From an uncultured Alphaproteobacteria bacterium (GTDB lineage Bacteria > Pseudomonadota > Alphaproteobacteria > Rs-D84): a stretch of DNA of 64,000 bases. The notes beneath the pieces were generated by a model that saw only the letters and a program-made list of their open reading frames with translations, ran no database searches and was not told where the DNA came from. Of this stretch, positions 1-7,387 are shown piece after piece. The stretch spans positions 23,064 to 87,063 of the forward strand of contig CALXXY010000004.1 of assembly GCA_944392815.1 (NCBI GenBank), read 5' to 3'. Each line of letters begins with the position of its first letter. Position 1 is the stretch's first letter. The translations under genes and the position numbers were made by a program.

Positions 1-135
1 ACATGGGGCACAGTCCATTCCGAAGCGGTAGCACCCAGCGGGGCATTGCCCGTCCACCATCGTGCAATCCACCGCCATAGAGGCCATTGGCAACATTATA
101 ATTACACCAAATACGGCAAATAAAATACGTTTCAT
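1..135 (-). CDS. Cys-rich secreted protein, N-terminal part (runs off the window start)
   Basis: Manual translation from ATG at 135: MKRILFAVFGVIIMLPMASMAVDCTMVDGQCPAGCYRFGMDCAPC...; signal-peptide-like start, upstream AGGA RBS; not in ORF track. Confidence 0.75.
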   Translation of the reverse strand, partial: MKRILFAVFGVIIMLPMASMAVDCTMVDGQCPAGCYRFGMDCAPC

Positions 136-203
136 TTAAAATATTCCTGTGCAATATATTACAGGGATAATGTTTACATATTTGAATGATTTCGTCAAAT
201 ATT

Positions 204-232
204 AAAAAAATCCGGCAATGCCGGATTTTTTT
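204..232. terminator. Bidirectional intrinsic terminator
   Basis: AAAAAAATCCGGC-AAT-GCCGGATTTTTTT perfect hairpin at the stop of the 231-656 gene. Confidence 0.85.
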
Positions 233-656
233 AACGTTGCCATGTTCCGTGTCTGTACGCGTTTATTGTCCAACCATTTTGGACTATACGCAAACTGTCC
301 TCGGGTACTTTGGCGGCTTCGCCAACATACAGTTCAAAATCGCCCTGGCCGCGCGCCTTGGGTGATGCGTCAATCCATTCTTGCAATATCCTGGACAGTG
401 AAGTTATATTCTTGGCGCGCAAATTATTCCAGTTGCTGCGCGGGACCAAATATACGGTTCTTACGTCTGATGAGGCCGCGGCCTGTTGGATTTGTTCCAC
501 GGTCAACATATTTAATTGATCAAATACCAAAAATTCATCGCGGGTGGGGATAGGTTCTTTTTCGCACCCCGGGGTCATCATCAATGTTGCGCCGGCCAGT
601 CCCAACATGGGGATTAATCTTTTTATTTTATATGGAACGATTTTTTTTAATTGCAT
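231..656 (-). CDS. Hypothetical lipoprotein (141 aa)
   Basis: Start reassigned to MQLKK (AAGGAG RBS upstream); basic N-terminus, hydrophobic stretch and ...TPG-C lipobox-like Cys. Confidence 0.7.
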   Translation of the reverse strand: MQLKKIVPYKIKRLIPMLGLAGATLMMTPGCEKEPIPTRDEFLVFDQLNMLTVEQIQQAAASSDVRTVYLVPRSNWNNLRAKNITSLSRILQEWIDASPKARGQGDFELYVGEAAKVPEDSLRIVQNGWTINAYRHGTWQR

Positions 657-684
657 TTTGGGCTCCTTTTGGTTTTTCAAAAGC

Positions 685-713
685 AAAAAAGCCCGGAAAA
701 ATCCCGGACTTTT
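685..713 (-). terminator. Intrinsic terminator after the small CxxC ORF
   Basis: Minus strand AAAAGTCCGG-GATTTTT-CCGGGCTTTTTT. Confidence 0.7.
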
Positions 714-864
714 ATCCTATGCGTGACACAAAATCATCGGCGGCGTTAACGGATTTTGGCGAAAATTCATTCCCCATTATTCCCCCCACACGACATTCGT
801 CGCATGGTGGCCAATCCGGCGCACCGCCAGAATAAAAACGGAAAAACATATCATTTTTTGCCAT
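712..864 (-). CDS. Small 50-aa protein with CxxC (below ORF-track cutoff)
   Basis: MAKNDMFFRFYSGGAPDWPPCDECRVGGIMGNEFSPKSVNAADDFVSRIG*; GGTGA RBS; consensus promoter upstream and terminator downstream. Confidence 0.55.
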   Translation of the reverse strand: MAKNDMFFRFYSGGAPDWPPCDECRVGGIMGNEFSPKSVNAADDFVSRIG

Positions 865-907
865 TTTTATCACCATGTGTTTTGTATCACTGGTTCGTTC
901 ACATCTT

Positions 908-936
908 ATTATATGACAAAAATGTCATATTGTCAA
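908..936 (-). promoter_or_regulatory. Consensus sigma70 promoter with operator-like palindrome
   Basis: Minus strand TTGACA-N17-TATAAT; perfect inverted repeat ATATGACA-AAAA-TGTCATAT at 911-930. Confidence 0.8.
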
Positions 937-941
937 GGTTA

Positions 942-3900
942 TTAGTACGATATAATATATCGTGCCGGATTACCCCCGCATACGTCGTCGGCCTGGGTTG
1001 CCGGGTCGTCGGCATCGCCCGTGATGTCGGTTGTTGTGCCGCCGTCCAGCACCCAGGCCCATTTCCCGTTATCATATTGCAGATTGCACATAGATGCCTG
1101 ACCCGCGAAATATGATTTGGACGGATAATCAAATCTGGGGCCGTTTTCGTAGTTCGGCGACATATAGTGGTTAGTTCCGTCCTCGGCTACAATCAGATAG
1201 CGCCCACTACATTGCACTGTTTTACCGGCTGGATATGATGTGTCTGTAGTGTCGACGCCGCTAGTGTCGCCAACGCACAGGACATATATCATGCCATCTG
1301 GATAATAGTTGTCCTTGGTCACATTCACCGCGGCAACAAATTTGGCACCTGCGGGGATACACAGCCCCGAAGCGCTTGTGGGGACATTACCCTCGGTTTG
1401 TGTATCGCCGAAACCATCCGCCCTGATGGGATCATCCTCTAAATTTCCGCCCGCGCTACCGTAATAATCCGATGGGGCGGACCAATCCAGGTCGTCAACA
1501 TTTGGCTCGGTGTTTGCCAAGTGGCAGCAGTTTCCAAATGCGTCCGCCGAGCCGCTGGTGTTGCTATTGATTTTGCAGCATGTCATTATGCCATTGATTT
1601 CCAATTGCCACAGGGTCGACGGGCTGCACATGTTGTTGTGGCCGTCCAGGTTGGCCTCGGACGTGCAGGCGGTCGCGCCGGTTTCTGGGTCCAGAACCGC
1701 GATGAATCCGGGGCCGCATGATGTGTCGCGGCATGCGTCTGGGGCGTCTTCGGTATTGGTGTTTTTGGCAAACCATGACAACAGTGTGTCGTTGCTGGTG
1801 TCCAGTGGCATATTGATTGCGTTGTGCGAATCGGCATTGGCCAAACTGCTGGCGGGGTGTCCCTCGCAGTTGCCCCAGATGCGTTCAGACATACGGCAAA
1901 TGCGGCATTCGTCGGAATCAACGTTGCTGTATGTGCCGTCGTCGTTGTATCCGCACTGGTTTTCGCAGATGTCATATATGCATGTGCCACTGTCCGGGTC
2001 GTTAATGCAATTGTTTATGTTGCTGTGGGTGATTTCATACGCGTTGCCGTATATGCTGGGGTAAAATGCACCGGTGGCGGCGTCGATTTCGTGCGCGTGC
2101 AGTTCCGCTATGCGATCCAGCGATGTTATGCCGGCACTGGTGACGCATTCGACGACTTCGTCCCAACAGGCGGTGCGGTTGATAATCGCCTTTCTGTTGA
2201 CGGACGTGTCAATGTCGTCGCACAGGCCAAAGTTGCCAGATATCGATTTACATGACTGGATAATGCAGGCACGCCCAACCTCGCGACAGGTTTGCAGAAT
2301 TGTTTCGTATGTTTTGTCGGCCGCGATGTCGGTCATGCCGGTTGACCAATCCACACCGCCGTCGGTTGTGTCCAGCAACGCGGTGCAGGCGGTTTGAACC
2401 TCGGCACACATTTGTTTGGCGGTTTTGTCGGCCTCGACCCCGAAAATGGACAGGGCGCGGGCGTCAAATTCCTCTAGCGAATCATAGGCGTTGGTTAAAC
2501 ACTGGGTGGTTAATGTGGTGCAACTTTGGCGGACTTCTTCCAATTTGGCGTCCTGGGCCAATTTGATTTGCGCCAATGCGTCGTCGATGAATTCGTCCCA
2601 TACATAGTCGGCAATGTCCTGGCAATTTTCAGTGGCAGATTCTAAAAACATTTTTTTCGAATTTAAATACCGAACAAATGTGTCGTTGCCGGGAACACTG
2701 GTCCATGTTTGGTTGCCGGTCGGTCGGGTGATTAATGAACCCAAATTTACCAGGTTTTTGGTCAGGATTGCTTCGCCCGTGGACGGATCTATGTATTGGC
2801 CGCTGATGTCCAAACATTTTCCCAAATCGTCACCGCACACGGCCGTATTGGTTAATAAATCCAACATTTTTTTCTTGCACGTTAAAATGTCGTCCGAATT
2901 GCGGGTTTGATATGTGTTCAGGCGTGAAATGTCCAACAGGGCGCTGCCTTCGCGGATTTTTTCGCGCGCCAAATCCTGTTGCGTTTGATATGCCTTGGCC
3001 ACGGTGTTGCAGTCCTGTTCGATGGCCATTTGATATCCGCTTTCGACTATGTCCAGTTCGTCGGCGGTGCAGACCTCCATCGCCATTTCGCGGCAAACGG
3101 GCAAGGCGGCGGAATATAATTCCGTGCCGCTTTTGGTGGTGGTGGACGAACCCGCCAATGAATCAACGCTGTCGAATGCGGCGTCGATGTTCAGCGATAA
3201 TGATATCGGCGCCAGGTTCGCGTCGAATGAATCTGTTTCGAATGTCGTGTTTAATTTTTCGGATATTTCGTCCAATAATTCTTTGGACGCGGTGGTGTCC
3301 TCTTGCTGGAATGCGAGTTCGCCCTCGGTCGCCTGGGATATGGCCAGGGCGTCTTCTTTGTCCATATTCACCGTCAGCAGGCGTTGGTTGAAATCCAGTA
3401 ATTTATCCTCGACCTGGGACAGTTGCGCTTTGACATCGTCGAATTCGTTGACGCGCGATGAACACGCACAGCGTTTTAGTTGGCTGTCCTTGTTCGCGCA
3501 GAATTCGTCCATGCAACTGTAATAAACCTCGCGACAGGTGGTATAGTCGCGCTTGATAATTTCATTCGCGGCGGCCGCGTCGGTTGCGGCGCGTGCAATG
3601 CGATTCGTGGCCGTAGTGCGACGGGGCTGGGTCGCGGCGCGCGATTGTGTGGTGGCCGCGCGGGATATGGTTGTCGCGCTGCGCGATGGGGTGGCGGTAT
3701 GCTGGGGCGCGCTGCGTGATGGGGCGGCCGTGCGGGATACTGTGACGCCGCGTGTGGTGGCCGCGCGCGATGGCACCGATATCACGGATTGCGATGATGT
3801 TGTGGTGCGGGGCAATACCGTCGCGCCAGTGCGCGCAGATACAGATTGTGTCGATGTCGTCGCGCCGCGCGTGGTGTCGCGACTGACCACGTTGCCGTCA

Positions 3901-4151
3901 CGCGTGGACGACGATTGTGTGCGTGTGCGCGTTGTGGTGGGCGGGGTCACGTTTGTTGCGCGCGAAATCCCGGACACTGAATTTGACTGGGTGTGTGTGG
4001 TGGCGGATTGGGTGCGGGACACCGTTGTGGTTGTGTCGCGACGGGTTGCAGCACGCGCAGCCGCGTCCGACGAATCGTCGGCGTATGCGGCGTATACGCA
4101 TATGCCCAGTGCACCCAGGCAACCCAGCAAAATCCGTTTGATTCCCGTCAT
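942..4151 (-). CDS. Large secreted Cys-rich protein with Thr/Arg/Ala-rich N-terminal stalk (1069 aa)
   Basis: Signal peptide, low-complexity T/R/A/S region, many Cys; CREVYYSCMDEFC...RCACS motif shared with 47756-48775. Confidence 0.9.
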   Translation of the reverse strand: MTGIKRILLGCLGALGICVYAAYADDSSDAAARAATRRDTTTTVSRTQSATTHTQSNSVSGISRATNVTPPTTTRTRTQSSSTRDGNVVSRDTTRGATTSTQSVSARTGATVLPRTTTSSQSVISVPSRAATTRGVTVSRTAAPSRSAPQHTATPSRSATTISRAATTQSRAATQPRRTTATNRIARAATDAAAANEIIKRDYTTCREVYYSCMDEFCANKDSQLKRCACSSRVNEFDDVKAQLSQVEDKLLDFNQRLLTVNMDKEDALAISQATEGELAFQQEDTTASKELLDEISEKLNTTFETDSFDANLAPISLSLNIDAAFDSVDSLAGSSTTTKSGTELYSAALPVCREMAMEVCTADELDIVESGYQMAIEQDCNTVAKAYQTQQDLAREKIREGSALLDISRLNTYQTRNSDDILTCKKKMLDLLTNTAVCGDDLGKCLDISGQYIDPSTGEAILTKNLVNLGSLITRPTGNQTWTSVPGNDTFVRYLNSKKMFLESATENCQDIADYVWDEFIDDALAQIKLAQDAKLEEVRQSCTTLTTQCLTNAYDSLEEFDARALSIFGVEADKTAKQMCAEVQTACTALLDTTDGGVDWSTGMTDIAADKTYETILQTCREVGRACIIQSCKSISGNFGLCDDIDTSVNRKAIINRTACWDEVVECVTSAGITSLDRIAELHAHEIDAATGAFYPSIYGNAYEITHSNINNCINDPDSGTCIYDICENQCGYNDDGTYSNVDSDECRICRMSERIWGNCEGHPASSLANADSHNAINMPLDTSNDTLLSWFAKNTNTEDAPDACRDTSCGPGFIAVLDPETGATACTSEANLDGHNNMCSPSTLWQLEINGIMTCCKINSNTSGSADAFGNCCHLANTEPNVDDLDWSAPSDYYGSAGGNLEDDPIRADGFGDTQTEGNVPTSASGLCIPAGAKFVAAVNVTKDNYYPDGMIYVLCVGDTSGVDTTDTSYPAGKTVQCSGRYLIVAEDGTNHYMSPNYENGPRFDYPSKSYFAGQASMCNLQYDNGKWAWVLDGGTTTDITGDADDPATQADDVCGGNPARYIISY

Positions 4152-4209
4152 TCCTTTACTTTATATGTGAATGTTAGCAAATTTTTGAAAACGGGGGCAA
4201 GTTTTATTT

Positions 4210-4296
4210 TGGTGCGGGCAGGGGGAATCGAACCCCCAAGGATTTTAGTCCACAGCATCCTTAGTGCTGCGCGTCTGCCAGTTGCGCCATGCCCGC
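4210..4296 (-). tRNA. tRNA-Leu, anticodon AAG
   Basis: GCGGGCATGGCGCAACTGGCAGACGCG-CAGCA-CTAAGGA-TGCTG-TGGACTAAAATCCTT-GGGGGTTCGATTCCCCC-TGCCCGC-ACCA: 7-bp acceptor stem, long variable arm, A73, encoded CCA; loop C32 U33 A34 A35 G36 G37 A38. Confidence 0.93.
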
Positions 4297-4391
4297 AGGG
4301 TGGGTGATGCGTCAATCTTACAAGAACATGTTTTTTTTTCAATCATTTTATGATATAATTGTGGCGATAATAATAAAGTGGAAGGGGAAAA

Positions 4392-5870
4392 ATGAGAAAG
4401 GTTTCTTTGTTGGCTGTGTTGCTGTTTGCGCCAATTGCGGCGAATGCGGCCGGAACATATTATTCTGGGTATACGACTGGGGCGTATCAATCGCCGCAAA
4501 CGTCGTATGCGTCGCGCCAGACGGGGTATGCCAATCGATATAATACGTCGTATGGTAATACTGGGTCGTATGCCAGTCGGTATAACACGTATGGTGCAAA
4601 TAATGCGCGCAATGTGACAACGCAACAGGTCGCGCAAAGCGCGGCAACACAAACCGGGGGCGGTGCAAAAAAATCTGGATTTTGGCTGGACGCGGGGATT
4701 TTGCATGAAATGGCGCAGTGGCGTTTTGAAATGGCACAGTCCGGCAGTATTTTAAGTTATGATAACCTGGCGTGGAATGTGTTGGACGTGTCGGCCGGGT
4801 ATGCGTTTGATGTTGGCAGCACCACTATGCAGGTTGATGTCGGATTAAAATATGGTATGCAGTGGGGCGAAAGTCCAATGTACGACGATGATATTACCAA
4901 TGGCGGGTATCCGGTGACGTCGTGGTGTACCGATAATAACGACAATGGCGTGTGTGATTCTGGCGACACTTTTCTGGAGGATCAGATTGGTCATGCTATG
5001 TCCATGGGCACCAGCCAGGGCGGCAGTATGATGGGATTTAATGTCGGGTTTGGTTTGACTGATATTTTCAAGATTGGAAATGTGACATTAACGCCGTCGG
5101 TTGGATTTCGGTATTTGAATTATAAACTGACAACCGAAAATAACTATGGGTTGGCGGTTGATACATACAATTGTTTCGAGGTTAATGGCGAAGTTCAATG
5201 TGACCCAATTCTTATCTTTGTCGGGGGCAACGAAGCCGTGCCTGGGCGTGATGACATAAACGATGATATTATTATACCAGGGGGGGCTACGTCGGTGGAT
5301 ACGGCGGGGACATATTATTATATGCAGCCGGGTGAAAGCCATTCGTATGAAACCACATGGATGGGGCCGTATTTGGCGTTGGATATGGATTATGTGATTA
5401 ATCAAAACAATGCTGTGAATGCACGTGTGGAATTGGGATTGCCGGGATATGAATCCGTGGGCGACCAGCCGTATCGTTTTGATTGGCAACACCCAAAAAG
5501 TGTAGAGGATACTGCCGGTATGTTCAGCGCGTTCCATTTTGGAATGGGGGCGAATTGGACAACTGCGATTACCGATTCGGTTGCATTATCGTTGGGTGTG
5601 ACGTATGATTATTACAGTGTCAGCGGCGCGGACGCGACAACATATCTGAATAGTTCGTACTATACTGATCGGTATAATGAAATTTTGAATTCGGACAAGT
5701 GGAATGGCGATGAAGAAGCAATGCTGACCCCAGGGACCGGTAGTGCGGAAGCGATAAATATTAAAGCGTTGGAAGAATCGTGCCCTGGTTGGGTATGCAA
5801 AACCGATGGTGAAATAGAGTCGTTCTATAAATCATTGGGAATTCGCGTCGGGATTAATGCAAAGTTTTAA
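4392..5870 (+). CDS. Outer-membrane beta-barrel protein, omptin-like/Pom-like
   Basis: Signal peptide, alternating beta-strands, C-terminal ...GINAKF; TTWMGPYL and DWQHPKSVE segments recall omptin-fold barrels (family call uncertain). Confidence 0.7.
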   Translation: MRKVSLLAVLLFAPIAANAAGTYYSGYTTGAYQSPQTSYASRQTGYANRYNTSYGNTGSYASRYNTYGANNARNVTTQQVAQSAATQTGGGAKKSGFWLDAGILHEMAQWRFEMAQSGSILSYDNLAWNVLDVSAGYAFDVGSTTMQVDVGLKYGMQWGESPMYDDDITNGGYPVTSWCTDNNDNGVCDSGDTFLEDQIGHAMSMGTSQGGSMMGFNVGFGLTDIFKIGNVTLTPSVGFRYLNYKLTTENNYGLAVDTYNCFEVNGEVQCDPILIFVGGNEAVPGRDDINDDIIIPGGATSVDTAGTYYYMQPGESHSYETTWMGPYLALDMDYVINQNNAVNARVELGLPGYESVGDQPYRFDWQHPKSVEDTAGMFSAFHFGMGANWTTAITDSVALSLGVTYDYYSVSGADATTYLNSSYYTDRYNEILNSDKWNGDEEAMLTPGTGSAEAINIKALEESCPGWVCKTDGEIESFYKSLGIRVGINAKF

Positions 5871-5880
5871 TCGGGCAAGC

Positions 5881-6498
5881 ATGATTGATGTGAAAAAATT
5901 TTTGGTTGCATTATGTGTTGTGGCGGCGCCAGTGATGGCGCATGCCGCAATTGATTTGTCGGGGGTGGCGTCTGTTAATGTGACCAGCGATACCGCCGCC
6001 ACCGCCAAAGATATGGCGTTTGACGAGGCACGCCGTCAAATTATTGCCGACGTTTTGGGACAATATTCCATACCCGATCAATTGGATGCGGTATTGCAAA
6101 ATTCCAAATCGGCCGATTTAACAAATTTGATTGCATCGTCGTCTATTGATGGGGAACAGCAATCTGATACCACTTATTCCGCGAATATTACCATGACGAT
6201 TGATGGGGACGCTGCGCGGGCGTGGATGACCGAAAATAATATTCAAAACTGGCTGACCGATGGGAAATCGGGTGACAGAACCGTGGTGCAGGTTGTTATG
6301 TCTGATAAATTGGCGGGGTGGATTGAATTGAATGCTATTGCCCGGGCCGAGGGTATTGATTTGGATACTAAATTCATTAACGGCAATCGGGTGACGGTGG
6401 AAATTCCCGCTGCGTCACGCAGTGCGTTCACCATCGCCATACGCGAGGCCGGTTGGCGGTACGCCGATCAAAATGGTGTTTTACACATAATAAAGTAA
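5881..6498 (+). CDS. Secreted hypothetical protein (possibly DUF2066-like)
   Basis: Signal peptide from MIDVKK; VNVTSDTAATAKDMAFDEARRQ segment; directly follows the upstream barrel gene. Confidence 0.7.
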   Translation: MIDVKKFLVALCVVAAPVMAHAAIDLSGVASVNVTSDTAATAKDMAFDEARRQIIADVLGQYSIPDQLDAVLQNSKSADLTNLIASSSIDGEQQSDTTYSANITMTIDGDAARAWMTENNIQNWLTDGKSGDRTVVQVVMSDKLAGWIELNAIARAEGIDLDTKFINGNRVTVEIPAASRSAFTIAIREAGWRYADQNGVLHIIK

Positions 6499-6502
6499 TT
6501 CG

Positions 6503-7384
6503 ATGTTTAAAAAAATTTCTGTTGTTTTGTTGTTGGGTCTGACTGTGCCGGCGGTTGCGTGTGCCGATACGGCTGAATCTTTGTTTGGGGTGTCGCACGA
6601 TAATCAAAATTTGAAATTGTCTGTGCGCAGAATTGGGCTGGATTGGTCGAAAACCCAGGTACGAAATTCCGCAGAATATCAGGATTCGCCTGTGTCTGCG
6701 TTGAACGCCACCAGCCAGGATTATATCAAGGGCGTGTTTGATACCATTTTGGAATTTACCAAAAATAAATTTAAATGGGACAACAGTTTGGTGATGGAAT
6801 ATGGCAAAACTACGCTGAAACCGTATAACGCGCCGGCAACAACCGATGAAAATGCGGATAAAATTTTGTATTCCAGTGATTTGTCTTATTCGTGTTGGGA
6901 ATTTGCGGGGCTGAAATTTGGTCCGACTGTGCGTGCGGCGTATGAAACTCAATTCGCCGACAGCGTGGAATCGCCGCGACAGAATATTGTTCGTTCCAGT
7001 GCTGGTATTTCGCTGTTTGATCACAATATTGTTAAAAGTTTATATTTAACCGGTATCCACGAATATGATTTTACGTATGCCGGGGATCAGAATAACAAAA
7101 TCGGTGCTGAATTTGGGTGGCGGTTGGAATATGGACTTCGCGACGGGGTCAAGGTTTCGTCCGATGGATATTATCGTGAATATTTTTCTTATTCTGGATA
7201 TGTGCCGACCGATTTGGAACGCGATTTAAGTGCAGTGTTGCGTTTGGATACTAATTTATGGGGGAATTTCACTATGGGGCCGTATGTGCAATATCGTTTG
7301 GCCAAGGCCCGCGCCGCCCAGCACTATGGCAGCAATTTAATCGTTGGAATTTCGTTTAATTATATAACAGATTTTCTGTTGTGA
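6503..7384 (+). CDS. Outer-membrane beta-barrel protein (DUF3078-like)
   Basis: Signal peptide, WDNSLVMEYG and amphipathic strands, aromatic C-terminal strand. Confidence 0.65.
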   Translation: MFKKISVVLLLGLTVPAVACADTAESLFGVSHDNQNLKLSVRRIGLDWSKTQVRNSAEYQDSPVSALNATSQDYIKGVFDTILEFTKNKFKWDNSLVMEYGKTTLKPYNAPATTDENADKILYSSDLSYSCWEFAGLKFGPTVRAAYETQFADSVESPRQNIVRSSAGISLFDHNIVKSLYLTGIHEYDFTYAGDQNNKIGAEFGWRLEYGLRDGVKVSSDGYYREYFSYSGYVPTDLERDLSAVLRLDTNLWGNFTMGPYVQYRLAKARAAQHYGSNLIVGISFNYITDFLL

Positions 7385-7387
7385 TTT

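Noticed and set aside
4259-4265. Reading the tRNA-Leu anticodon as TAA
   Set aside because: The 5-bp stem fixes a 7-nt loop CTAAGGA; TAA would occupy positions 33-35 and break the U33 rule
1510-4307. Long antisense ORFs opposite the 1069-aa gene, and similar shadows across A2M, PFOR and the autotransporter
   Set aside because: Typical shadow ORFs from host codon bias; no motifs or start signals
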